From an uncultured Gammaproteobacteria bacterium (GTDB lineage Bacteria; Patescibacteriota; Patescibacteriia; Patescibacteriales; BS150m-G62): a stretch of 63,123 nucleotides of DNA. A program made the translations under genes and the position numbers. How positions within the stretch are numbered: position 1 is the stretch's first letter; the number at the start of each line of letters is the position of its first letter. Of this stretch, positions 20,466 through 29,132 are shown in pieces. The stretch is from NCBI GenBank assembly GCA_964569045.1, contig CAZMSR010000006.1:1-63123 (forward strand), given 5' to 3'. The notes below the pieces were generated by a model. The model did not search any database. It was not told the origin of the DNA and was given only the letters and a program-made list of their open reading frames with translations.

Positions 20466-21436
20466 AAAAAAAGGCATTAATTACTGGCATAACAGGTCAA
20501 GATGGAGCATATTTAGCGAAATTTTTGTTAAATAAGGGCTATTCTGTTTATGGCTTGGTAAGACGAGTTGTTAGTCGTAATTTAGATAATTTAGAGTATT
20601 TAAATGTTTGTGAGAGGGTGAATTTAGTGAATGGTGATTTAACTGATGAATGTTCATTGAACAATGTAGTAAAAACTATTCGTCCGGATGAGGTGTACAA
20701 TTTGGCAGCACAATCTTTTGTTGGACTTTCATGGGATCAGCCGATTGTCACTCAAGAAATAAATGCTTTTGGCCCTATTAGATTATTAGAGGCTATTAAG
20801 CGTCACTGCCCAACTGCAAAATATTACCAGGCTTCAACTAGTGAGATGTTTGGTAATAGTAATTTAGAGGGTGTACAGAATGAGCTTACTCCTTTTCAGC
20901 CTCGTAGTCCATATGCGATATCTAAGCTAAGTGCTCATTGGTCAACTGTGAATTATTGTGAGAGCTATGGGATGTTCTGCGTTAGTGGAATTTTATTTAA
21001 TCATGAGTCACCCATTAGAGGAATCGAGTTTGTGACAAGAAAAATTACAGATGGAGTAGTAAAGATTAAGTTGGGTCTTGCTAATGAAATACGATTAGGT
21101 AATATAAGTAGTGTGAGGGACTGGGGCTTTGCTGGTGATTATGTGGAGGCCATGTGGTCAATGCTTCAGCAAAGTAAGCCAGAAAATTTCATTATTTCAA
21201 CTGGCATCAACCACACAATCGAGGATTTTTTAATAATTGCATTTAATCATGTTGGAATTGAAAAATGGAGTAAATATATAAAAATTGATCCACAATACAA
21301 AAGACCTGCTGAGCTTTTTGTTTTAAAGGGTTCAAATGATAAAGCTAGGAGTAGTTTAGGTTGGAAGCCTAAAGTCGGTTTTATTGAATTAGTTAAGATG
21401 ATGGTTGATGCAGATTTAAAAAGATTGGGTGGTTAA
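20462..21436 (+). CDS. gmd: GDP-mannose 4,6-dehydratase
   Basis: KKALITGITGQDGAYLAKFLLNKGYSVYGLVRR, QASTSEMFG, SPYAISKL, ILFNHESPIRG. Confidence 0.92.
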   Translation: MKKKALITGITGQDGAYLAKFLLNKGYSVYGLVRRVVSRNLDNLEYLNVCERVNLVNGDLTDECSLNNVVKTIRPDEVYNLAAQSFVGLSWDQPIVTQEINAFGPIRLLEAIKRHCPTAKYYQASTSEMFGNSNLEGVQNELTPFQPRSPYAISKLSAHWSTVNYCESYGMFCVSGILFNHESPIRGIEFVTRKITDGVVKIKLGLANEIRLGNISSVRDWGFAGDYVEAMWSMLQQSKPENFIISTGINHTIEDFLIIAFNHVGIEKWSKYIKIDPQYKRPAELFVLKGSNDKARSSLGWKPKVGFIELVKMMVDADLKRLGG

Positions 21437-21437
21437 A

Positions 21438-22541
21438 ATGAATATTTTATTTATTACTAGTTCAAATCTAAGAAATCCTAAGAGGGGTACTCCATTGAGG
21501 GCACATAGTTTGTTAGAGCAAATTAATAAAGAGCATAAGCTACTTGTATGCGCAGAAGATATTGAGGATGTTTTGAAAGATAGATTTGAATCCTATCCTA
21601 AGAAAAATGGATCAATTAGTAAGCTGAGGTATTTCACAAGACTTATTAAAAATTATAAAATTGATGTAGTGTTTGTGGTTACAGAGCTTGGAATAAAGCT
21701 TCCAGTTATTTTGAAGATTTTATGTGGTACAAAAATCGTAATAGATTTGCATGGTTTGTATGCAGAGGAGTTAAAGTATAAAAAAGTTAGTTGGTTTACG
21801 CGATTTTATTTTAAAAATATTGTAAGGCAGTTATTAAGGTATTACGATTTAGTATTTGTTGTTTCTGAGAAATTAAAGAGTTATTATAAGGATATAAATA
21901 GTAATATTGAAGTTGTGTATGGTGGAGTTTGTTTAGATAAGGTAGTAAATAAACAATATCGAGAAAATATTGGTGGTAAGAGTTTGAGCATAGGTTACAT
22001 GGGTAATGCTCGTCATTATCAAGGTTTGGATTTTTTATTGGATGTTTCGAGGAAGATTAAGCAAAAAAAATTATTTAAATTTAAGATCAATTTGGTACTT
22101 AGCGGAAATAAAGAGTTGATTTTAGAAAAAATAAAAAAATTTGACTTAAAGGAGGATGTCATTTTGAATTTTAATATAAGACATGAGGATGTTTTTGATA
22201 TTATGGTGAAATCAGATGCCCTCGTTATACCAAGACCCAGCTTAACTATGACAGAGTACGCGTATCCTTCAAAGCTCCCAGAATGTCTAGCCACTAAAAT
22301 ACCAGTTATATTAACAGATGTTGGACCAGTAAGGGAATTGCTTGGTGAGCAGAAATTTTGTTTTGTGATTAGTAAGCATGATATAGTAAATGATTTATTG
22401 GCTAAGTTAAATAAGGTGAATAAAATGAATTGTGATATGCGGAGAGCTATGGGGGAGAGGGCATACTTTTTTATAAAAAATAAATTAACATGGGATGTTC
22501 AAGGCACATTAGTTAATCAGTATTTAAAAAAACTTAAATAA
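21438..22541 (+). CDS. glycosyltransferase (GT-B/GT4-like)
   Basis: YPSKLPECLATKIPVILTDVGPVRELL. ATG 21438 follows the gmd stop, whereas the track GTG 21429 overlaps gmd. Confidence 0.65.
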   Translation: MNILFITSSNLRNPKRGTPLRAHSLLEQINKEHKLLVCAEDIEDVLKDRFESYPKKNGSISKLRYFTRLIKNYKIDVVFVVTELGIKLPVILKILCGTKIVIDLHGLYAEELKYKKVSWFTRFYFKNIVRQLLRYYDLVFVVSEKLKSYYKDINSNIEVVYGGVCLDKVVNKQYRENIGGKSLSIGYMGNARHYQGLDFLLDVSRKIKQKKLFKFKINLVLSGNKELILEKIKKFDLKEDVILNFNIRHEDVFDIMVKSDALVIPRPSLTMTEYAYPSKLPECLATKIPVILTDVGPVRELLGEQKFCFVISKHDIVNDLLAKLNKVNKMNCDMRRAMGERAYFFIKNKLTWDVQGTLVNQYLKKLK

Positions 22542-22550
22542 AAATAGCGT

Positions 22551-23363
22551 ATGCATGATGAAAATTATGAAAAAATGTGGAATAGATTTGGAAGCATAAA
22601 AGCTGAGTCCTATTTGGGTTACAAGTTTCAACCTGTTCATAGAGTTGGCTTAACAAATTACTTGAGAGAGGTTTTTATTTTGAGAATGCTGAATCCTGAA
22701 AGTTTTGATAAGGTGTTAGATGTTGGGTGTGCTTCTGGCAGGCAGCTTTTTAAAATAAGTAAACAAATTAAACAGGGTTATGGGGTAGATATTTCTCAGA
22801 GTTTTATTAATAAAGCTCTTGAGTATAAAAATAAAAATAAAATATTGAATGTTGAGTTTTCTCAGGCTGTTATTGAAGAACTTCCTTTTAATGATGGTTA
22901 TTTTGATAAAATAGTTTGTTCGGAAGTTTTGGAGCATGTATTTAACAAAGATGTTGCGCTACAGGAGGTGCTGCGAGTTTTGAGGGTTGGTGCTATATTA
23001 ATTGTGACAGTTCCAAATCTAAATAGTGATGGTACTTTATGGGGTAAATTTTTAAGATTTATAAAAATTAGTAAATTTAAGCCTTTGGAGAATTTTTCTA
23101 AAGAAGAATTTTACAAGCATGGTGATGCGCATGTTCGAGAATTTGACAAAAATAATTTAGTTAACTGGGTTAAAGAAAATGACCTTGAGGTTTTAGATAT
23201 TAAATCAGTCTCTTTTGTTGATGGACCCTACTTTGATTTTCTATTAAGGATTTTGTTACACATTTTTTTCTTGAGGGCTCTATTGATTAAAATTGAAATT
23301 ATGTTGACTAATTTAGGGCTACTCTCCGGAAGGCATTTAATAATTAAACTAAGAAAAAAATAA
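22551..23363 (+). CDS. class I SAM-dependent methyltransferase
   Basis: VLDVGCASGRQL, FDKIVCSEVLEHV, LRVGAILIVTVPN. Confidence 0.8.
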   Translation: MHDENYEKMWNRFGSIKAESYLGYKFQPVHRVGLTNYLREVFILRMLNPESFDKVLDVGCASGRQLFKISKQIKQGYGVDISQSFINKALEYKNKNKILNVEFSQAVIEELPFNDGYFDKIVCSEVLEHVFNKDVALQEVLRVLRVGAILIVTVPNLNSDGTLWGKFLRFIKISKFKPLENFSKEEFYKHGDAHVREFDKNNLVNWVKENDLEVLDIKSVSFVDGPYFDFLLRILLHIFFLRALLIKIEIMLTNLGLLSGRHLIIKLRKK

Positions 23364-23364
23364 T

Positions 23365-24321
23365 ATGGCAAAGATATTAATAACAGGTAGTAATGGTGTT
23401 GTAGGCACGTGGCTTTCAAATATTTTAAAACAAAAAGGGAGCCAGGTTACTGGCTTTGATTTAGTGCATGGCGTTGGTGAGGTGGGGTGGCAGCATGAAA
23501 TGGCGAAGACTAAGCTTGCATACACTCGATGTGATATATCCGATTATCGTCAATTAGAAAGAGTATTTAGCAAACAGGGTGGTTTTGATTTTGTTTTTAA
23601 TACGGCAGCAGAGTTTGGTAGGTGGAATGGAGAGGATTTTTATGAGCAATTGTGGCGTTCTAATGTGATTGGAACAAAAAATATAATTCGCTTGCAAGAA
23701 AAATTAAATTTTAAATTAATACAGTTTTCTTCATCTGAAGTTTATGGTGATTATGATGGCGTTATGAGGGAGGATGTTATGGAGCAAGTAGAAATAAAAC
23801 AATTAAATGATTACGCAATGTCCAAGTGGGTGAATGAGATGCAAATAAGAAATTCACAAATTCAATATGGAACAAGTTCAGTTGTGGTGCGCTTATTTAA
23901 TACTTATGGTCCAGGAGAATGGTACCATCCTTATCGAAGTGTTAATTGTAAGTTTTGTTACCATGCCCTTCACGATTTACCAATAACAGTTTATCGAGGG
24001 CATTTTAGAACTTCAACGTACCTAGAGGATACTTGTCGCACAATATCTAATATTGTTGATAATTTTCAATCTGGTGAGACTTATAATATCGGGGGTTTAG
24101 AGTATCATGATATTGAAACATTGGCCGAGATGATCTGGCGAATGACTAAGGCTGATAAAAATTTAATTACTTATAGAGATTCTGAAGTTATGACAACAAA
24201 AAGCAAAAAAGTTGATATAAGTAAAGCAATAAAAGAGCTTGATCATAAATTAACTATTGATTTGGAAAGTGGTGTAAAGAAAACGATTGAGTGGATGAAA
24301 GGTTATTATAATATTAAATAA
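23365..24321 (+). CDS. NAD-dependent sugar epimerase/dehydratase (extended SDR)
   Basis: Rossmann motif ILITGSNGVVGTWL, SSSEVYG, catalytic YAMSK. Confidence 0.8.
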   Translation: MAKILITGSNGVVGTWLSNILKQKGSQVTGFDLVHGVGEVGWQHEMAKTKLAYTRCDISDYRQLERVFSKQGGFDFVFNTAAEFGRWNGEDFYEQLWRSNVIGTKNIIRLQEKLNFKLIQFSSSEVYGDYDGVMREDVMEQVEIKQLNDYAMSKWVNEMQIRNSQIQYGTSSVVVRLFNTYGPGEWYHPYRSVNCKFCYHALHDLPITVYRGHFRTSTYLEDTCRTISNIVDNFQSGETYNIGGLEYHDIETLAEMIWRMTKADKNLITYRDSEVMTTKSKKVDISKAIKELDHKLTIDLESGVKKTIEWMKGYYNIK

Positions 24322-24350
24322 TAATAATTTTTTATGAATTTATTTTTTAG

Positions 24351-24602
24351 AATTATAAGAAAGTTTATGCAAAAGCAAAAGAATTAAATATAAATATCAA
24401 GTTGAAATTTTTACCAACTTATTCACCAAACTTAAATCTAATTGAAAGACTATGGAAATTTCTAAAAAAGAAACTAAGGCAGAATAAATTTTATAAAGCT
24501 TACCCAAAATTTAAAAAAGCAATTAATAGTTTTTTCAAAAATATAGAGGATTATCGCCCTGACTTAGAAAAGCTACTAACCTTAAAATTTGAGATTATAT
24601 AA
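24351..24602 (+). mobile_element. IS630-family transposase, C-terminal remnant only
   Basis: The frame open from 24351 reads ...ELNINIKLKFLPTYSPNLNLIERLWKFLKKKL..., the DDE third-acidic-residue region of IS630/Tc1-type transposases. About 84 codons remain. No N-terminal part or inverted repeats were found. Confidence 0.7.
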
Positions 24603-24637
24603 TATGAATTATGTTAGCAGTTGAATATAGCTAGTAA

Positions 24638-25195
24638 TATTATTATGAATTTGGTCTTTATAGGGGGTATTCTTTTTATAAGGCTTATAAGTATGCCAAA
24701 AGATTTAATGGTAAAGCGATGAAATTTTTTGGATTCGACTCTTTTCAGGGTTTGCCTGAAATAGATAAGAGGAGTGTTGATTTTGAGTGGAAATTTAGAG
24801 GCGGGCAATATTCTTGTTCTTATGAAGTAGTGAAAAATAATTTAGAGAAGAGGGGTGTTCTTGGTAAGAATGCGTTTTTGATTAAAGGATTTTATTCAGA
24901 TTCTTTAAAGAATAAAAGGGAGTTATCTAAATATAATTTTCATAAAGCTAGAATAGTTTTAATAGATTGTGATTTATATGAATCAACTAAGGATGCGCTA
25001 GACTTTATTGTTAACTATTTGCAAGTAGGTACTATTTTGCTGTTTGATGATTAGAATTGTTTTAAGGGTGATAATGGCAAGGGCGAGAGGAGGGCTGCTA
25101 AGGAGTTTTTAGAGAAATATAAAAATATAAAAATTAAGTATTTGGGTGATTACGGGCAGCATGGTGGAGCTTATTTTGTTGTTGAATCAATTTAA
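24638..25195 (+). pseudogene. TylF/MycF-like sugar O-methyltransferase, 5'-truncated with one in-frame stop
   Basis: EFGLYRGYSF..FFGFDSFQGLPE..IVLIDCDLYESTKDALDF..GTILLFDD*NCFKGDNGKGERRAAKEF. TAG at 25052 sits where this family has Trp (DDW). The N-terminus is missing next to the IS630 remnant. Confidence 0.6.
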
Positions 25196-25215
25196 ATATA
25201 ATAGTTTCTATAAAT

Positions 25216-26568
25216 CTAATTTAATTTAGGTGCGTTCTTTGGAGGTTTTTTAAAGATTAATGTTGACATGATTATGTTTTGCAGTGTTTTTATTGTAATA
25301 TAAGCATAAATTAGTCCCCATATTCCATGGTAATATATAAAAGGAAGGGTTAAAAAAATATTTAAAATCGCATCAGTTATATTTATTATATGTAATTTTT
25401 TTATTTGTTTTTTGGCTTTTAAAATTTGAACCTGTATTGTGCTTATTATAGTTATTATCAATGAAATAGAATATATTTGGGAAAACTTTGTAGCATCTAG
25501 ATATTTAGGAAAAAATACTTTAAAGAATGTTGGTGCTATTAAAATATATGAAATTACACATAGTATCAATATAAGCAAAAAGGGGAGTAATTTTTTTAAA
25601 AATAATCTATAAGCAGGTACCTTCCACTGGTTATTGGAGATTTTTGGAAATATCAATGAAATTGGTATTGATAGCAGGGATCTGATTTGTTCAATTGGCG
25701 CAACAGCAAATGAAAAAACAGCCAAACTTTGACTTCCTAAAAAATGAAATAAAAAAATATTGTTTATATTTCCAGATAATATATTAAGGCCCTTCATAAA
25801 GCTTAAATGTTTTCCATAGCTTATGACAGCTTGGTCTTTATTGCTTGTAAAATTAAATTTATTGTGAGTGATAATTAAAAATATTACTCTAAAAAAAGTA
25901 TTACTTAAAAAATAAGTAAAAATAACTAAAAAAATATTATTACTATAATATATTGTTGTTATCATTATTGAGACAATAACAACCCTAGAGAATATATTGT
26001 ATTTTGTCGAAACACCAAACATCTTTTTGCCACTCAAAAAGGCTCCGTATATTCCAAAAGCGTCCATGAATGGTAAAAAAACAGCGCATATTAAAAAAGC
26101 AAAGGTGAGTGTGGTATTTCCATTGTGCCAATAGTATCCTGATAGCCCTATGCTAGCGACTGCGCTTAGTAACCCCCACTTTATTTTTTCTTTCATGGCT
26201 GGAATTACTATGCCTTCGTAGCCCCTTGCTACAGCTTGCGTTATTGCTGTTCCCATTCCCGATAGCGTTGGTATAGCTAAAATACTAGCAATAGAAAGTA
26301 TGTATTTATATTCTCCATAAGTCTCCTTGGGCAGTAAATTAGCAAAAGCAATAGCAAGTAAAAAAGCAGAAGTGCTTGAAACAACTTTTCCTAACGTCAA
26401 CCAAAAGCCACCCCGTGCTAAATAAATCATGTCAGTTTTGGTCCATTTTTCACTCCAGCGGAGTAGGTTGTATAGCTTTGCTTTTGATTTAGTTATCATT
26501 AAAAAAACTATTTTATAAATAAGCCTTTTTATACCACCCAACAAACTTTTCAATACCCTCCTCTTCAT
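25216..26568 (-). CDS. oligosaccharide/polysaccharide flippase (Wzx, MOP superfamily)
   Basis: 450-aa ORF with ~12-14 hydrophobic segments and a Wzx-like N-terminus (GGFWLTLGKVVSSTSAFLLAIAFANLL). An alternative start at 26499 is possible. Confidence 0.7.
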   Translation of the reverse strand: MKRRVLKSLLGGIKRLIYKIVFLMITKSKAKLYNLLRWSEKWTKTDMIYLARGGFWLTLGKVVSSTSAFLLAIAFANLLPKETYGEYKYILSIASILAIPTLSGMGTAITQAVARGYEGIVIPAMKEKIKWGLLSAVASIGLSGYYWHNGNTTLTFAFLICAVFLPFMDAFGIYGAFLSGKKMFGVSTKYNIFSRVVIVSIMITTIYYSNNIFLVIFTYFLSNTFFRVIFLIITHNKFNFTSNKDQAVISYGKHLSFMKGLNILSGNINNIFLFHFLGSQSLAVFSFAVAPIEQIRSLLSIPISLIFPKISNNQWKVPAYRLFLKKLLPFLLILILCVISYILIAPTFFKVFFPKYLDATKFSQIYSISLIITIISTIQVQILKAKKQIKKLHIINITDAILNIFLTLPFIYYHGIWGLIYAYITIKTLQNIIMSTLIFKKPPKNAPKLN

Positions 26569-26834
26569 TTATATTCTGTGCTTCCTCTATGTGAAATTGT
26601 GGTGATGTATATAGTATCTTTGTTTATGATTTTATAGATAATTCTATGGGGCCAGATTTTTATCTTGTAGTGATTTTTGTATTTGCCGTTCATTTTGATC
26701 CCAATATTTGGATTTTGTTCTAGGTTATTAATGGTTTTAATAATATTTATTTGCCATTTGTTTGTAATTTTAGATAAATTTTTTAAAGCTTTATTTCGAA
26801 TTTTGATTTTAACTTTTTGTTTTTTTTCAAGCAT
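26565..26834 (-). CDS. type II toxin, RelE/ParE family
   Basis: 89 aa. C-terminal HRIIYKIINKDTIYITTISHRGSTEYK fits the RelE/ParE pattern and follows a Phd/YefM gene with a 2-nt gap. Confidence 0.65.
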   Translation of the reverse strand: MLEKKQKVKIKIRNKALKNLSKITNKWQINIIKTINNLEQNPNIGIKMNGKYKNHYKIKIWPHRIIYKIINKDTIYITTISHRGSTEYK

Positions 26835-26836
26835 GC

Positions 26837-27109
26837 TTATTTTTGTAACTTTTTCTTAGCTTGCTCCCAGTTTGTATATTTACCTTTTTTAAAATCATTT
26901 TCAGCTAATTTTAGGTCTTTGATTGTTTCCGGTTCACTTAAAATTTCTAGCGTTTCTTGCCATGATTCAAATTCTTCTTTTGAAATCAAAACAACACCGT
27001 CTTTACCTGACATAGTTAGGTGATATGAAGTATTTGGCGATTTAACTTCAGAAGCAATTTTAAAAAGTTTTTTACGTGCTTCTGTTAATGTAATTGTTTT
27101 TTGAGGCAT
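26837..27109 (-). CDS. type II antitoxin, Phd/YefM family
   Basis: ITLTEARKKLFKIASEV...VVLISKEEFESWQETLEILSEPE. Start taken at the internal ATG 27109 (MPQKT) rather than the track start 27148. Confidence 0.7.
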   Translation of the reverse strand: MPQKTITLTEARKKLFKIASEVKSPNTSYHLTMSGKDGVVLISKEEFESWQETLEILSEPETIKDLKLAENDFKKGKYTNWEQAKKKLQK

Positions 27110-27169
27110 ATGTTTGATAATTAAGTATATGTACGTTATGTAGTACATATAATTGTATTACAAATATTT

Positions 27170-27853
27170 CTACTGTACAATAGTGCCTTCAAATTCATCA
27201 TCACTGAAAATTTTTACCCAATTGTTTATTTTTTTACCATGGCATATTATTACTCTGGTGTCAGATTCTGCGCATCTTTGAGAGGCAATTGGATCAAACG
27301 GTGCATTTAAGCCCGGCTGCCATTTTGTTCCTACTATTTTTTGAAATTCCGACCAACTAGTTTGTTTAATTATTTTTGCATTTGGGTTTTTTCTAGGATC
27401 GTCTGTGTATACGTAGTCAATGTTGGATAGATTTATGATTGTTCTGATGTTATGTTTTTCAGCTAAGTATGCAGCAACAAAATCAGTTGAGTGACCCGGT
27501 TTCCACCCTCCGGTAACTATAATCGGTTTATTTGTTTTTGGGTCAATGCTTGGGTCCCTAACTATTGAATGATGCGCATATTCAGTAAATAAAGTTCTAA
27601 TTATACAAGCATTTAGTCTAGTGGCAGCTATGCCAATCCAATCTTTTTGCTCGTTATTGATTTCAACTATGTTGTTAGCGGAATTTATAGAATTTCTGGC
27701 TGTTTGCCCACCGCCGGCTACTATGTAAAATTTATTGCCTTTGGTGATTTGCGCTAAAATTACTTCTCTAAATTCTTTAAGAAAATTAATGTCAACTCCT
27801 TTGCCTGTACTAATTAATGATCCCCCTAAAGATATTATATATGTATTTTTCAT
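27170..27853 (-). CDS. pyrH: UMP kinase, archaeal-type
   Basis: 227-aa amino-acid-kinase fold. IISLGGSLI, IVAGGGQTAR, VTGGWKPGHSTDFVAAYLAE, NIDYVYTDDPRKNPNAK. Length and motif spacing resemble archaeal PyrH rather than the bacterial form. Confidence 0.75.
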   Translation of the reverse strand: MKNTYIISLGGSLISTGKGVDINFLKEFREVILAQITKGNKFYIVAGGGQTARNSINSANNIVEINNEQKDWIGIAATRLNACIIRTLFTEYAHHSIVRDPSIDPKTNKPIIVTGGWKPGHSTDFVAAYLAEKHNIRTIINLSNIDYVYTDDPRKNPNAKIIKQTSWSEFQKIVGTKWQPGLNAPFDPIASQRCAESDTRVIICHGKKINNWVKIFSDDEFEGTIVQ

Positions 27854-27955
27854 ATGTTAAAATATTTTAAATATTTTTTCCCTGTCTATATTTGTTATTT
27901 TAAAATTATTTTTTACTATTTGTATTAAGTTATTTTAGCGTTTTTTTAAGTTTTT

Positions 27956-28777
27956 TCAAGATTTGCTTTCTTTTTTAATAAATTTAAAAATGCAAGTAAT
28001 TATGATTATTAAACTAATTATTTGAGGCCAGCGAACTTCGAATAAAGTTGGAGTATAGTCTATTCTTATGTATTCTAGGATGAATCTTAATATTGAATAT
28101 AGCAATAGATAGATTAGGATTATATTTGTAAAATTTTTTGTTATTTTTTCTTTGTTGAGCTCATTTTTTTGCATGTTTTTTTTATGCAAAAAAATTAATA
28201 CAATAAATATTATTAGGCTTCCAATTGATTCATAAAAAAAAGTAGGATGAAAGTGGGTGCTGTTTAAATAATTTTCCGGTCTGTTTATTATGCTTATTGG
28301 AATGCCCCAAGGGGAGTTTGTTGGGAGTCCGAATAGCTCTTGGTTAAAATAGTTACCAAAGCGGCCTAAGGCTTGTCCAAGTGCTAAGCCCGGAGTTATT
28401 ATTGACGCTAATTTAATAAATGATAGTTTGTTTTTTTTAGTAAAAAAATAAAGCCCTGTAGCTCCGCCAATTAATCCTCCGTGAATAGCCAAGCCGCCTT
28501 GCCAAATTTTAAAAATATCTAGCAGATTGTTTGCGTAATATGGGAATTCAAGAAAAACATCATAAATGCGCGCACCAATTATTCCAAATATTACTAAATA
28601 AAAAGCAAGATCTAGAATAGTTTCTTCTTTTACTTTGTATAGTTGCCCTAACTTAAATGAAACAAAAAGCCCGGTTAAGATAGCAGTAACCATAAAAAAT
28701 CCATACCAGTGAATGTCTATGGGACCAAATGAAAGCAGGATCGGTTCCGGGTAATAATTGTAAAGCAGCTTTTGCAT
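27956..28777 (-). CDS. lgt: prolipoprotein diacylglyceryl transferase
   Basis: IHWYGFFMVTAILTG, GIIGARIYDV, WQGGLAIHGGLIGG, LGQALGRFGNYFNQELFG. Confidence 0.9.
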   Translation of the reverse strand: MQKLLYNYYPEPILLSFGPIDIHWYGFFMVTAILTGLFVSFKLGQLYKVKEETILDLAFYLVIFGIIGARIYDVFLEFPYYANNLLDIFKIWQGGLAIHGGLIGGATGLYFFTKKNKLSFIKLASIITPGLALGQALGRFGNYFNQELFGLPTNSPWGIPISIINRPENYLNSTHFHPTFFYESIGSLIIFIVLIFLHKKNMQKNELNKEKITKNFTNIILIYLLLYSILRFILEYIRIDYTPTLFEVRWPQIISLIIIITCIFKFIKKESKS

Positions 28778-28795
28778 TAAGTATTTAAGTGGTTT

Positions 28796-29131
28796 TTATT
28801 TTTCTTTACTAATTTTTTTAAAAGATTCCTCTATGCTGGCTAGACGACTCTCGGTGTCGTCTATGGTCCAAGTAATTTTAGGTGTTCTTCTTAATTTAGA
28901 TTGTTTGTTTATTTCTCGTGCGATTAAGCTAGTATTTTCTCTGAGTTTAGATAGGGCAGTTCCGGTAAAATTTTTTGGAATAACAGAAATTCCAATTTTG
29001 GCATTTTTAAGATCTGGTGAAATATCAACAAAAGTGGTTGTAATTAAAGTATTGTCAATTTCAATTAGCCTTGCTATTGCATTTCCAATTATTGTTTTTA
29101 AAAGTTCGTTTACTTGCTCAGTTCTTGGCAT
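28796..29131 (-). CDS. rbfA: ribosome-binding factor A
   Basis: 111 aa immediately downstream of infB. ITTTFVDISPDLKNAKIGISV and LRRTPKITWTID patterns. Confidence 0.85.
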   Translation of the reverse strand: MPRTEQVNELLKTIIGNAIARLIEIDNTLITTTFVDISPDLKNAKIGISVIPKNFTGTALSKLRENTSLIAREINKQSKLRRTPKITWTIDDTESRLASIEESFKKISKEK

Positions 29132-29132
29132 A

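Noticed and set aside
24402-24602. 66-aa ORF as a functional small protein.
   Set aside because: It is the C-terminal end of an IS630-type transposase. Its reading frame is open only from 24351 and it lacks the N-terminal DNA-binding and first catalytic regions.
3446-25195. Possible alternative genetic code or stop-codon recoding, because in-frame TGA, TAA and TAG fall at Trp/Gln positions in the KilA-N gene and the TylF-like gene.
   Set aside because: All long housekeeping ORFs in the window are full length under the standard code and end at ordinary stops. Three different stop codons would need reassignment at once. The same genes also carry frameshifts or truncations, and every stop is one transition from the expected sense codon, which fits pseudogene decay.
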